DNA from: Bacteroidota bacterium
GTDB taxonomy: Bacteria > Bacteroidota > Bacteroidia > Cytophagales > Cyclobacteriaceae
Length of the DNA stretch: 64,000 bases
NCBI GenBank assembly: GCA_037200765.1
Contig: JBBCII010000003.1
Span: 1,040,741-1,104,740, forward strand
Direction: 5' to 3'
Position numbers and translations under genes: made by a program. Position 1 is the first letter of the stretch. Each line of letters starts with the position of its first letter. The notes beneath the pieces are model-generated. The model did not search any database, was not told the origin of the DNA, and worked only from the letters and a program-made list of their open reading frames with translations. Shown piece after piece: positions 1-9,878 of the stretch.

Positions 1-282
1 AATTCAGTGTTGATAAAAACTATTATTCGAAAGACAACGGGCAACGTCAGCGCTGTCTCTTTTGATTCGGGCGAAGCCATAGCTGAAAAAATTTCTCCAT
101 TTGACACTTTTATCCAGATCATTGAAGGAGAAGCTGAAATACTGATCGACGGAAAATCTGACGTTTTGAAGACCGGGCATTCTATTATTATACCGGCCCA
201 CTCCCGCAACGCCATTAAGGCAAACGAACGTTTCAAAATGATCTCTACTATGATAAAAAGCGGGTACGAGGACGTAAGCTAA
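1..282 (+). CDS. Cupin-domain protein, 5' partial (frame open from base 1)
   Basis: Cupin-like motifs FDSGEAIAEKISPFDTFIQIIEGEAEILIDG and IIIPAHSRNAIKA; no upstream stop within the window. Confidence 0.8.
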   Translation, partial: NSVLIKTIIRKTTGNVSAVSFDSGEAIAEKISPFDTFIQIIEGEAEILIDGKSDVLKTGHSIIIPAHSRNAIKANERFKMISTMIKSGYEDVS

Positions 283-466
283 TTCGCTTGTGAGCGCTAC
301 ATCCGTTTGCCCGTAAAACGTCACGGGGATCAGATGATGTATTTCCATGCAGTTGGAACCGTAACATGTGATAGTTGCAAATGAAGGAGAACGTTGTGTA
401 AGTGTGGCCTTATGAAATTATGGCAATTTCGTGATTCAATTTATTGATAATTAAAATCGACAGCTC

Positions 467-1093
467 ATGGAAAATAGAACAAAGGCAATGGAAAATAAAG
501 GACAGAAGAATACAAAGTGGAGCGTAGACCAGGCGCACAGTGAAATCATGTTCAAGGTGAAGCACCTGATGATCTCCCATGTGAAAGGAATTTTTACGGT
601 CTTTGACGCGAACATTTATACACATGAAAGGGATTTTAGGACGGCCGATATTGATCTATGGATCGAAGCTGACTCAATTGACACCCGCGACAGCAAGCGC
701 GATGAACATTTAAAGGGCGCTGACTTTTTGGACGTGAAAAAACACAAGCAAATTACTTTCACCTCATCCACGATGGCCAAACCAGATGAGAAAGGAAACC
801 TGGAACTCTGGGGAGAATTAACGATCGTCGGTATCACGCGCAATATAAAACTTGATGTTCAGTTCGGTGGTATTGTCAAAGATCCCTGGGGAAATGAGAA
901 GGCTGGCTTTACACTCAACGGGAAGATAAAACGGAGTGAGTGGGAACTTCAGTGGAATACAGTTATGGAAGCGGGCGGTATGGTGGTGGGCGATGAGATA
1001 TTGATTTCGTGCGAAATAGAATTGACCAACACCGTGCAGAAGGATCTCACCCTGGAGTTAGAATCGACAGTACCTCAAAAGAAAATCTTTTAA
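467..1093 (+). CDS. YceI family (polyisoprenoid-binding) protein
   Basis: WSVDQAHSEIMFKVKHLMISHVKG, RDEHLKGADFLDV, DPWGNEKAGF are typical YceI signatures. Confidence 0.93.
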   Translation: MENRTKAMENKGQKNTKWSVDQAHSEIMFKVKHLMISHVKGIFTVFDANIYTHERDFRTADIDLWIEADSIDTRDSKRDEHLKGADFLDVKKHKQITFTSSTMAKPDEKGNLELWGELTIVGITRNIKLDVQFGGIVKDPWGNEKAGFTLNGKIKRSEWELQWNTVMEAGGMVVGDEILISCEIELTNTVQKDLTLELESTVPQKKIF

Positions 1094-1104
1094 GAATTGC
1101 AACA

Positions 1105-2121
1105 ATGAAAGTCCTGGTATATAGTTCGCATGCGTACGAAGAAGTGACGATCCTGAAATCATCTGATTCAAGGCATGAGATCGTCTTTACGAAAGCTAAG
1201 CTTAGTTTGGCAACATCGGATCTGGCTAAGGGGTATGACGCTGTTTCGTTGTTTACTTCCGACGATGCGTCGGCTCCAGTTCTCGAAAAACTGGCGAAAG
1301 GTGGAGTTAAGTTTATTGCGCTTCGGTCAGTTGGATACGATCACGTCGATCTTGACCGGGCAAGGACTCTTTCTATTCGTGTAGCTAATGTTCCGGAATA
1401 TTCTCCATATTCAATAGCAGAACATGCTGTTGCCATGATGATGGCAGTAAACAGGAAGATTGTTGAAAGTCGTTTGCTCATGGAAATTCAAGACTTCAGG
1501 GTCGACACCCTTATCGGTTCGGATATCCATGGAAAGACGGTGGGCATTATTGGAACTGGAAAGATCGGTGTGGCATTAGCCTCAATCATGAAAGGGTTTC
1601 AGGCAAGAATTCTGGCCTGCGATCCGGTTGTTAACCCGTCGGCGATTGAACTCGGCGTTAAGTACGTGTCGTTTGATGAATTACTTCTTCAAAGTGACAT
1701 CATATCGATCCATTGTCCGCTGAATGCAGCAACAAGGAACATGTTGACGAAAGATCAGTTCAGGATGATGAAACCGGAAGTGATATTGATCAATACAGCA
1801 CGGGGCGGAGTTATTAAGACGACGGATCTGATAGATGCCATCGAGGAAGGAAAACCTAAAGCAGTTTGCCTGGATGTATATGAAAACGAGAAGGGATTAT
1901 TCTTTGAAGATCATAGAGAAGATGTGCTGAAAGATCCATTGTTTGCACGACTCCGGAGTTTTAAGAACGTATTGATAACAGGCCATCAGGCTTTTCTCAC
2001 AAATGAAGCGATATCAGGAATTGCGAACGTAACAATTGCGAATATCGATGCCTGGAATGAGGATAGACATTCACCTAACGAGGTACACCCTGTTGAAAAG
2101 GAGCTGGAACTGACTCCATGA
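1105..2121 (+). CDS. ldhA: D-lactate / D-2-hydroxyacid dehydrogenase
   Basis: GIIGTGKIG Rossmann motif, ISIHCPL, INTARGG, LDVYENEKGLFFED, ITGHQAFLT. The likely start is ATG 1105; the track start 1009 overlaps the YceI gene. Confidence 0.88.
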   Translation: MKVLVYSSHAYEEVTILKSSDSRHEIVFTKAKLSLATSDLAKGYDAVSLFTSDDASAPVLEKLAKGGVKFIALRSVGYDHVDLDRARTLSIRVANVPEYSPYSIAEHAVAMMMAVNRKIVESRLLMEIQDFRVDTLIGSDIHGKTVGIIGTGKIGVALASIMKGFQARILACDPVVNPSAIELGVKYVSFDELLLQSDIISIHCPLNAATRNMLTKDQFRMMKPEVILINTARGGVIKTTDLIDAIEEGKPKAVCLDVYENEKGLFFEDHREDVLKDPLFARLRSFKNVLITGHQAFLTNEAISGIANVTIANIDAWNEDRHSPNEVHPVEKELELTP

Positions 2122-2144
2122 CCCATCCATAAGTCCATAAATAT

Positions 2145-2176
2145 GAAAGGATGCCCCGTTTAAGAAGCATCCTTTC
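2145..2176. terminator. Intrinsic terminator hairpin, possibly bidirectional
   Basis: GAAAGGATGC (2145-2154) is a perfect inverted repeat of GCATCCTTTC (2167-2176), just after the ldhA stop and between convergent genes. Confidence 0.7.
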
Positions 2177-2447
2177 AACTCATCTCGTTACACACTATGT
2201 AACGGTCTTTCGAGTAACGCCGGTCAAACCTCCGGGAGACTCACTGTCTTTAAGGTCCCAAACCAATCAAGAAACCTAATGATACAAATGAACCCCTCTG
2301 GGCAGGCATTATAAAATCTCCCACTGAAAAATGAAACGTTTTCCAGGTCACATTTTAGTCATGTTGGTGTAAATCAATCAGTTATAAACATGGGCCGATG
2401 TGGAAAATATAAGGCCTTGTGAGAGACAAAGGGAGAGGTTTCGACCT

Positions 2448-4004
2448 TCAGGCGTGTATCTCCATGATCTTTTTCTCGAACTCTTCGTTCGGAATCATGG
2501 ATTTCCCCTTTACCCTGGCTTTGTAGTTGTAAATAGTGTTGATAGAATAGTCGAGGATGCGGGCAATCTTTTCGGTGTCGTGAATTCCCATGCGGATCAG
2601 CGCAAAAATGCGCAGCTCGGTATTCATCAACTGTCCTTCCTTTAGTTCGATGCGGTTCTCCTCGACAAAGTATGAGTTGAACACGGTAACAAAATCGGGG
2701 AAAAGCTTGAGGAAGATCCTGTCGAAACTCGTATACAGTTCTTCGCGCTCCTTCTTCATGTTCAGGTTATCGAGTGTGCTGCGGATGTCATCCACCTTGC
2801 GCGTCATTAATTTCATCTCGATCGACTTTTTGAACGCTTCGATCTTGTTCACATAGTCTGAATTCAGGTTGAGGTAGTAGCCAATGTACTCCTCCTTGAT
2901 CCTGTTAGATTCCTGGAGCGCTTTCTCGGCAGCCTTCCTTTTTTTCAATTGCAGAAATGTTATAGCCGCGAAGATGAGCACTAACAGGGAGAGCACAGTG
3001 ATAACGCTGGAGTAGATCAGCCATACACGGCGTTGCCCCTCCACATTGTTGAGTCGCGCCGACGCAATCACTGGCAGTATTGAACTAACCTGTACTTTGC
3101 GTTGTCGTGCTCCGTAGTATATAGCGTCCTCCATCGCCTGCTGGATGTAGTCGTAGGCGTGAACGACATCACCTTCTTTGTACAGCATTTCAGCAAGGTT
3201 GGATATCGCTGTAGTTTCTTTTGTTGCCGTCTTGATGTCTGCAATTGCCGCGCGCGCAGAAAGCGGGATTGCCGATTCAAGGTCGCCCTGTAAAACATAA
3301 CAGTGGCTTAATGTGGAAGCTATTATAGCGACCTGGTGTTGCGTGAGCAGCGGCCGGGCAAGCAATTCTTTCAGTTCGGTGACTGCAGATTGACTGTTAC
3401 CGTTCTTAATATTTCGCTGACTGCGGTAGTACACATCGGTGTAGGAGTTTGGTGCAGTCAGCATCAACACTGAGTCAGTATAGATGTTCCCGAGATTCAA
3501 GTACCGTGGTGCGAAATAGGAATCACGGTCGTAGTCGATAAGATCGTAGTGAACACGCACCATGATCTGGTAATAGTCCAGCTTAACGGAATCTGGCACG
3601 TTCTTAATAGAGAGATGCTGGAGCGAGTCGAGCGTTTCCTTAAACAACCCTGATGACAGCATCACAAACCCCAGTTGGTTGGTCGCATATGCGGTCTTTA
3701 CCGGGTCCTTCAAGGCATACGCTAATAGTTGCAGTTTTCTTGTAACGTTAAATGCAGAATCGTACTGAAATGTTTTGTATTCCTCGCAGAGCCGCGAAAG
3801 TAACTTGAACTGTGCTTCAGTCGGAGGACCTTTCAACGTGGAGAGATTCTCGTTGTAGGTTTGTATTCTGTCTCGTCTAAGTTTTTCGTAACCCTTTCGA
3901 TCGCGGATAGTTTCACTCAACTGCCGGTACAGGGTGTCGGACTGGCCATAAGCTGAAGTACTCAACAAAATAATTACCAAAAGCACCACCGGTATCTGCA
4001 TCAA
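2448..4004 (-). CDS. DUF6377-type membrane-anchored transcriptional regulator (TPR sensor + TM + C-terminal HTH; SusR-like architecture)
   Basis: Signal peptide, helical TPR-like region, TM helix VWLIYSSVITVLSLLVLIFAAITFL, C-terminal ELRIFALIRMGIHDTEKIARILDYSINTIYNYK HTH. Confidence 0.85.
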   Translation of the reverse strand: MMQIPVVLLVIILLSTSAYGQSDTLYRQLSETIRDRKGYEKLRRDRIQTYNENLSTLKGPPTEAQFKLLSRLCEEYKTFQYDSAFNVTRKLQLLAYALKDPVKTAYATNQLGFVMLSSGLFKETLDSLQHLSIKNVPDSVKLDYYQIMVRVHYDLIDYDRDSYFAPRYLNLGNIYTDSVLMLTAPNSYTDVYYRSQRNIKNGNSQSAVTELKELLARPLLTQHQVAIIASTLSHCYVLQGDLESAIPLSARAAIADIKTATKETTAISNLAEMLYKEGDVVHAYDYIQQAMEDAIYYGARQRKVQVSSILPVIASARLNNVEGQRRVWLIYSSVITVLSLLVLIFAAITFLQLKKRKAAEKALQESNRIKEEYIGYYLNLNSDYVNKIEAFKKSIEMKLMTRKVDDIRSTLDNLNMKKEREELYTSFDRIFLKLFPDFVTVFNSYFVEENRIELKEGQLMNTELRIFALIRMGIHDTEKIARILDYSINTIYNYKARVKGKSMIPNEEFEKKIMEIHA

Positions 4005-4207
4005 CGAAAATTGGGAAGGCGAAAAGTATTGAAAAAAAAGCGTTCATGGAAAGATTACCCCATAGCTTCCCTGGATGGCTTTTTCATATGCCCATGCGGG
4101 CTCAAAATGAAAGCCGCACGGAAACGGGCGCTTTTTTGTTCTTTATATCGACTCACGCTGCTGACATACCCTTGTCACTATGTAAGCTCCCCCAAAGTAG
4201 ACGTTCG

Positions 4208-4999
4208 TTAATTAGACTTTTTGGTTTGTAATTGTAGTGATATTTGCTGTGGGTTTGTGGGAAACTCCTGAAGAGTTTTCCATAAATCCATGGGACTTCG
4301 GCCGTTCAAGGCATCGTGCGGTCTGTGGTTGTTGTAATCTTCCATCCATTCATCAGTAAGTGTTCTGATTTGTTCGAGATCCTCGAAGAGGTAAGCATCC
4401 AGCACATCTCTTCTGAAACTTCCGTTGAATCTTTCAATGTATGCATTTTGCGTCGGTTTGCCTGGCTGGATGAACTGAAGTGTGATCCCTTTTTGTTCGC
4501 ACCAAAGACCCAGTGACGTTGAGATGAACTCCGGACCATTATCCACACGGATACGATTCGGTTTGCCTCTCCATTCAGTGACCTGCTCAAGTACACGAAT
4601 CACTCGCTCAGCCGGCAACGATGTATCCACTTCTATGGCAAGTGCTTCCCGATTAAAGTCATCCATTAAATTCAGTGTTCTAAATTTTCTTCCAGATAAA
4701 AGTGAATCGGTCATAAAATCCATCGACCAGCTCGCGTTCATACTTTGCACAACTTCCAATGGTCGTAGGATCCGTGCAGGCAATCTTCTTTTGCCTTTCC
4801 TCTTAATGTTGAGCTTCAAAAGTTTATACACTCGGTGAAGGCGCTTATGATTCCATATTAGCCCTTCGTTTCTTATTCGATAATACATCTTCCAAAATCC
4901 TTCGGTTGGTCGCTGCTCAGCCATAACCTGTAGCTTTTCAATTACAGGCTGATCATTGCGATGGCTTTTATAATAGTACACCGATCTTGACAGATCCAT
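4208..4999 (-). CDS. IS3 transposase OrfB (rve/DDE integrase core); C-terminal part of the OrfAB fusion
   Basis: WSMDFMTD, RVDNGPEF, PGKPTQNAYIERFNG, YNNHRPHDAL. Confidence 0.95.
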   Translation of the reverse strand: MDLSRSVYYYKSHRNDQPVIEKLQVMAEQRPTEGFWKMYYRIRNEGLIWNHKRLHRVYKLLKLNIKRKGKRRLPARILRPLEVVQSMNASWSMDFMTDSLLSGRKFRTLNLMDDFNREALAIEVDTSLPAERVIRVLEQVTEWRGKPNRIRVDNGPEFISTSLGLWCEQKGITLQFIQPGKPTQNAYIERFNGSFRRDVLDAYLFEDLEQIRTLTDEWMEDYNNHRPHDALNGRSPMDLWKTLQEFPTNPQQISLQLQTKKSN

Positions 5000-5076
5000 T
5001 AGTTTACAGGCCCGACCCAGACTAACGTCATAAGTCTGCTGAAGATGGGAAACGCGAACACGCTTCTCGGCAGGCC

Positions 5077-5343
5077 TTAAAACTTTTTTCCCAGAACATC
5101 TTTTAGCATCCTGTTGTCCAGGGCCAGATCAGCATACATCGCCTTAAGCTTCCGATTTTCTTCCTCGAGCTCTTTGATGCGCTTCAGCTCGTTGAGCTGC
5201 ATGCCGCCATACTTAGCCTTCCAGTTGTAAATGGTTGCTTTGGATACCCCGTGCTCCCGCGAGATATCCTGGATGTTTTTGCCAGCATCATATTCCTTGA
5301 GAATGTTGAAAATCTGGGCTTCCGTAAATCGAGATTTCTTCAT
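5077..5343 (-). CDS. IS3 transposase OrfA (HTH)
   Basis: MKKSRFTEAQI...HGVSKATIYNWKAKYGG...LEEENRKLK; the likely start is ATG 5343. Confidence 0.93.
   Translation of the reverse strand: MKKSRFTEAQIFNILKEYDAGKNIQDISREHGVSKATIYNWKAKYGGMQLNELKRIKELEEENRKLKAMYADLALDNRMLKDVLGKKF
5083..5089 (-). other. -1 programmed ribosomal frameshift site A-AAA-AAG
   Basis: Minus strand reads GGA AAA AAG TTT TAA at the orfA end; the -1 frame gives KVLRPAEKRVRVSHLQQTY...LMDLSRS, continuous with orfB. Confidence 0.9.
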
Positions 5344-5448
5344 GATTAACAGTTTAAATTTAAGACTTTCGTCTAACCTCAAACTGTCTAGTTTTCAGGG
5401 GAGCTTACAACTAAGTCCTCATTTCTTTGAGGAACAAACCCAAATATT

Positions 5449-5814
5449 ATGACAACTCAAGAAATAGCAACGCGCTACCAGGAACTCGCGTCACAGCGAA
5501 AGTTTATCGAGATTCAGGAGACACTTTATGATGAAAATGTTGTTTGCCAGGAGTCGGAAAAGGCGGAGCAAATGGGGTTCCCCATCTTCACCAACGGATT
5601 GGAGGCCATCAAAGCAAAGGGAATCGCACGCCGTGCTACAATTGAAGCTGTTCATAGTTATACCTGCAGCGTGCCTATTGTCGCCGGCGAATTCTTCAGT
5701 GTTGTTCTCAATCAGGATGTTACTTTCAAGGGCAAGCCGCGGACAACACTAGAGGAAATTGGTGTGTTTCATGTTAACGGCGATAAAATTATTAAAGAGC
5801 AATTTTTTTACTGA
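5449..5814 (+). CDS. SnoaL-like / NTF2-fold protein
   Basis: LYDENVV..E, VAGEFFSV, LEEIGVFHV..DKIIKEQFFY pattern. Confidence 0.75.
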   Translation: MTTQEIATRYQELASQRKFIEIQETLYDENVVCQESEKAEQMGFPIFTNGLEAIKAKGIARRATIEAVHSYTCSVPIVAGEFFSVVLNQDVTFKGKPRTTLEEIGVFHVNGDKIIKEQFFY

Positions 5815-5849
5815 GGATCTGGACGATCCCGACAGGGGCTCTCAAGATT

Positions 5850-7172
5850 TTATTTTTCTTTGCTGAATAAAACACTTTCGGCTCCTTGTTTAAGAGTCAT
5901 CTCGTTCGTGTCAGGATTGAACTCCATGATGATTCCAGCAGGGTCAAATTTAAACTTGTCCTTTTCTGTCGCGTCGAGAGGAAAGGACGATTGTCCGGTT
6001 GCCTGGGCGAACAGCGTTGCAGCGTTCTTGGTTATGGTAATCTTTAATGGAATTTGTGTGCTCGAATAAACACCTAAGTATTTATCTAAGTCCTCAGTTT
6101 TTAAAGAGAATGTTGGAATGGAATACGGTTTGTTGAAATAAATACTTAGGACCCCGATCAGGATGTTATTCATAGGATAGACCTGTCCGTTAGTACAATA
6201 GGCCACGGCTAAACTGTCTTCAGGAAAATAAGCCAGGTTAGATGCAAAGCCGTCGATTCCCCCGTTATGGCCGTAAGCTCGTTTATCGTAAAAAGGAATT
6301 TGAAACATTCCCATTCCATAACCGTCTGTCATTGTTTTCATTTGCTCCAGGCTGCTGCTTGAAACTAATTTTAAGGAGAATAGCGATTCAATAAATTTAG
6401 TCAGATCAGCTGGCGTTGAAACAATGGCGCCTGCACCGGCTGGAATACTCATATCTGTTTCCGGAGCTTGTTCCCAGCCATTTAAAAAGCGATATGAAAG
6501 ACTTTCGTTCTTTTTAGTATCGATCTTTGCGCCAACGTAAGTATTTGAAAGACCAATTTTTGAAGTGATTTTATTGCTCAGATATTTTGAATAAGACTGT
6601 TTAGAAACTTTCTCTATGATGTAGCCCAGGATAACGTAATTCGAGTTGCTGTAGGAAAATTTCTCGTTAGGTTGAAAATCAATCCCACCTTTCGTGATGA
6701 TCGCAAGCATGTCATCCTTTGTTTTCGGTAAAGTCATCCAGGTTAAATATTCAGGATCATCTGTAAAATTGTGGAGTCCGCTCCGTTGATTAAGCAGGTT
6801 GCTGATTGTAATTTTGTTGGCGTTTGGAAGTTGTGGGAAGAATTTATCCACGGTCGTTGTGAGGCTGAGTTTTCCATCTTCGATCAGTTGAAAGATCAAT
6901 GTCGCAGTAAACGTCTTCGAAATCGAACCGATACGGTATCTCGTTTGATTCGTTGCCGGAAGTTTCTCGTTGCCTGAAATGTAGCTATACCCGATCGCCC
7001 TGCTGTAGACTACGACACCATTCCTGGAAATTGTCAAACTACCCATCGCATTGTTTTTTTCAGCAAGTATGTCCATCAGGCTGTCAAGCTTGGGTTTGTT
7101 AAAGCTTTGGGAAAAAATTGTTCCGAAGGAGAGCCCGACAAGGAGGGCTGTTGTGAGGATTTTAGTTTTCAT
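5850..7172 (-). CDS. Secreted serine hydrolase, beta-lactamase/PBP family (class C-like)
   Basis: Signal peptide; SISK (SxxK), YSN (YxN), HNG (HxG) motifs. Confidence 0.9.
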   Translation of the reverse strand: MKTKILTTALLVGLSFGTIFSQSFNKPKLDSLMDILAEKNNAMGSLTISRNGVVVYSRAIGYSYISGNEKLPATNQTRYRIGSISKTFTATLIFQLIEDGKLSLTTTVDKFFPQLPNANKITISNLLNQRSGLHNFTDDPEYLTWMTLPKTKDDMLAIITKGGIDFQPNEKFSYSNSNYVILGYIIEKVSKQSYSKYLSNKITSKIGLSNTYVGAKIDTKKNESLSYRFLNGWEQAPETDMSIPAGAGAIVSTPADLTKFIESLFSLKLVSSSSLEQMKTMTDGYGMGMFQIPFYDKRAYGHNGGIDGFASNLAYFPEDSLAVAYCTNGQVYPMNNILIGVLSIYFNKPYSIPTFSLKTEDLDKYLGVYSSTQIPLKITITKNAATLFAQATGQSSFPLDATEKDKFKFDPAGIIMEFNPDTNEMTLKQGAESVLFSKEK

Positions 7173-7286
7173 TATTTGTTGACTTCATAGTTGATACTTC
7201 TTCTGAAATTTAGACATTTCGAAGCTGCGTGACTGGCTTTTTTATTTCCGGGTGCTTGTAACTATAGATGTAATTTCAGGTAAAAG

Positions 7287-8774
7287 ATGGGTGCGATCAC
7301 AAAACTCCGCACTTTAAGCATGAAATCGATTTGGCTAGTTATAGCGGTCCTGCTTTACACGCCGGCAACTTTTGCCCAGAAGTCACTTGGCACCGAGATA
7401 GATAAGGAGGTCCGTGAGATACAAAGTGTTTATAACGTGCCCGGGCTTTCTGTGGTGGTTGTGCGGGGAACTGACGTAATCCTTTGTAAGGGATATGGCG
7501 AAAGCAATATAGACAGTCACACACCGTTTACCGCCGATACTCCCGCGCGACTCGCATCGGCGACTAAGTTCCTTACAAGTCTGGGTATGCTGACCGAAGC
7601 ACAGAAAGGCACGATCGATCTTAATGCGCCACTCAGCAAGTATCTGCCGGGTCTTCAACCCGAATGGCAGGATATTCGTGTTTACGAATTGCTGAATCTT
7701 ACGTCCGGCATACCGGGAACAGAGAAGACGCCTTTCGATAACATGAGTGATGAAGAACAGCGGAAAGTCAGCGAGAATGACTTGTTCGAAATGCTACGAA
7801 AGCTGCCGTTGGAATCGCGCCCCGGGGAAAAATGGGCTTATCGCCAGACTGGATACATGACCGCTTCACTGATCGTCACCAAACAAACTGGCGAGAGTTG
7901 GCAGGACATTATTCGTAAAGATATTCTTGTTCCAGCCAGTGCAACAAATACCGGGCATAATGATGTAGTAAAGTATCCTGCAGGACAGGAGCCTAAAAAT
8001 TATGTCTATGATGCGACGGGCAAATTTGTTAATGCCCCAATGTTCTTTCCACTGGTATTGGCAACTGGTGCTGGGTATAATACATCGGCACATGACTTGT
8101 CGCGGATCTTTCTTGCCATCAATGCTCATAAGATCCTTTCACCGGAGCTTCTTGCCCAGTATGAGTTCAATAAAAAGTATATGTTTCATAATGATGGAGA
8201 TGATAGTTATAGCATAGCTAGCGAGATAAAAAGTTTTGGGCCTTACACGACCATGGGGCATAGTGGTGGACCTGATCTTGCGGATATTCGTTATGTGCCC
8301 GAAAAACAACTCGGCGTGGCTGTACTTGCATATCGCAATAACACCGGGATAAGTGCAGAGCTGACTAACAGGATCCTCAAAAGAATTCTACTCGATAGTG
8401 CGTTCGATGCCCAGGCAAGGCCTGTCAGTTTTATAATAAGAAGTGTGGTAGCGAAGAGCAACGATCAACAGTTGACTGAGTGTTACGATCAGAATAAGAA
8501 AAGTCCGAAGTACAGTTATACCAATGCAGAAAGTGATTTGAACAGTGCGGGGTATGAACTGCTCAATTCCGGTAATGTCAACGATGCGCTTAAGATCTTT
8601 AGGTTAATAGTGAAAGCTTTCCCAGATTCTGGTAATGCTTTCGATAGCCTGGGTGAGGCGTATCTGAAGGCAGGAGATAAACAAAATGCGCTTGTAAATT
8701 ATAGGCGGGCGTTTGAGTTAAATCCCGAAAATGAGAACGCAAAAAAAATTGTTGACGAGTTGAGTAATCGATAG
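7287..8774 (+). CDS. Secreted serine hydrolase (beta-lactamase family) with C-terminal TPR
   Basis: SATK, AYRQTGY, HSGG; C-terminal LNSAGYELL...NAFDSLGEAYLKAGDKQNALVNYRRAFELNPEN TPR; start may be ATG 7320. Confidence 0.88.
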   Translation: MGAITKLRTLSMKSIWLVIAVLLYTPATFAQKSLGTEIDKEVREIQSVYNVPGLSVVVVRGTDVILCKGYGESNIDSHTPFTADTPARLASATKFLTSLGMLTEAQKGTIDLNAPLSKYLPGLQPEWQDIRVYELLNLTSGIPGTEKTPFDNMSDEEQRKVSENDLFEMLRKLPLESRPGEKWAYRQTGYMTASLIVTKQTGESWQDIIRKDILVPASATNTGHNDVVKYPAGQEPKNYVYDATGKFVNAPMFFPLVLATGAGYNTSAHDLSRIFLAINAHKILSPELLAQYEFNKKYMFHNDGDDSYSIASEIKSFGPYTTMGHSGGPDLADIRYVPEKQLGVAVLAYRNNTGISAELTNRILKRILLDSAFDAQARPVSFIIRSVVAKSNDQQLTECYDQNKKSPKYSYTNAESDLNSAGYELLNSGNVNDALKIFRLIVKAFPDSGNAFDSLGEAYLKAGDKQNALVNYRRAFELNPENENAKKIVDELSNR

Positions 8775-8803
8775 GTGGCCAAGTTCCTGACGAATGTCTT
8801 CGA

Positions 8804-9505
8804 TCACAGCAAAAAGAAATAAACTCCTGCCATCATCAATATTATTCCAATGCCCATAAACACTGCTTCCGCAATAATGAATCTATAGCTGAGCGTTGTG
8901 ATATTATTATGGTTATCGGGAGCGTAGTACACAGTTGTCTGTTCGCCTATTTTATATTCGGGCGGGTTGCTGGCATCCGGAAGCTCCGTCATTACAACCT
9001 TGTCACTGGAGGTTTTGAACTCGACAACCGGCGCAAAAGCAACACCATTGTCCGAGCTGCGCCGGTTATATGCTTTCACCGTAGCAATCGATCGCTCGCC
9101 ATTGTTGATAAGAACATAATGACTATATAGAAAAAATAGCGCCAGCGAGTCACCCGTGTCGGGATCGGTTGTAAGTATGCCCACATCATATCGGTAGCCA
9201 CTCGAACTGCGCGACGATTCTCTTTCTTCGACAAAGGCGACACTTGCCGGAATCACTATCTTTCTGCCGCTAGTTAACAACGCTTTGTATGCCTGTGCTT
9301 CGGCCTTGTCCTCTTCAACACCGATGAATATAGACCAAAGGATAAAACTGGCAACTCCTCCAAATATCAGCAGCACAATAGGGTAAGTCCAGCCGGCCCG
9401 ATGCCTGATAGCTTTGATCAGCATCACCAAACCCGCGACAAACACAAATAATATTATCGCAACGAACGGAAGAAAGGACATGTATTCATTCATTTGTTCC
9501 ATCAT
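8804..9505 (-). CDS. Membrane protein with DUF3592-like domain
   Basis: Several TM helices; FAPVVEFKT...SNPPEYKIGEQTTVYYAPDN motif. Confidence 0.65.
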   Translation of the reverse strand: MMEQMNEYMSFLPFVAIILFVFVAGLVMLIKAIRHRAGWTYPIVLLIFGGVASFILWSIFIGVEEDKAEAQAYKALLTSGRKIVIPASVAFVEERESSRSSSGYRYDVGILTTDPDTGDSLALFFLYSHYVLINNGERSIATVKAYNRRSSDNGVAFAPVVEFKTSSDKVVMTELPDASNPPEYKIGEQTTVYYAPDNHNNITTLSYRFIIAEAVFMGIGIILMMAGVYFFLL

Positions 9506-9878
9506 TTAAATCGTCGGTATCAAGATCATTGTCACTGTCGTCACCGATCGATCGGTTGCGCCAACTGAAGGTGCCCGAGAGACCCAGGATGAATAGTATA
9601 AACCGGAATGCTCTCGTGCGCCCGGGATGTTCGCGTGAATATTTATCGAGCTTCAGGATGCCGTTGCGGGCAGTCGCGATTGGTTTCGGTAGCTTAATTG
9701 CATTCTTTTCTAATTCCTCTATTGCTCTTTGAGCTCCTTCTTTAAATGTGATCTCATCGATGACGACGATACCGTTCTTTGGTTCTGTGCTCGAAAGAAA
9801 AGTGAGATCCACCAAATTGTAGTCCTCAGGTTTCAATGGATGTACCTTCACCTTGATCTTCTTACGCGTATAATACAT
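9486..9878 (-). CDS. Hypothetical protein with C-terminal TM and acidic tail; may be the 3' part of a frameshifted gene
   Basis: The frame is open upstream of ATG 9878 (SQASWSWTDKKTGLKHTLTSKPFLGEQ) to a stop near 9963. Confidence 0.5.
   Translation of the reverse strand: MYYTRKKIKVKVHPLKPEDYNLVDLTFLSSTEPKNGIVVIDEITFKEGAQRAIEELEKNAIKLPKPIATARNGILKLDKYSREHPGRTRAFRFILFILGLSGTFSWRNRSIGDDSDNDLDTDDLNDGTNE

Larger units (their letters stand above)
4181..5409 (-). mobile_element. IS3-family insertion sequence, 1229 bp, apparently intact
   Basis: Terminal IRs start TGTAAGCTCCCC (4181) and end GGGGAGCTTACA (5409); 4-bp target duplication ACTA at 4177-4180 and 5410-5413; orfA/orfB layout. Confidence 0.96.

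Noticed and set aside
4011-4180. Riboswitch or small ORF between the DUF6377 gene and the IS
   Set aside because: Some pairing potential (AAAAAAGCGTTC / GGGCGCTTTTTT) but no recognisable aptamer core; the short ORFs have no motifs and run into the IS end.
5850-8774. Calling these antibiotic-resistance beta-lactamases
   Set aside because: The SxxK fold is shared by esterases and peptidases; nothing in the sequence specifies beta-lactam hydrolysis.
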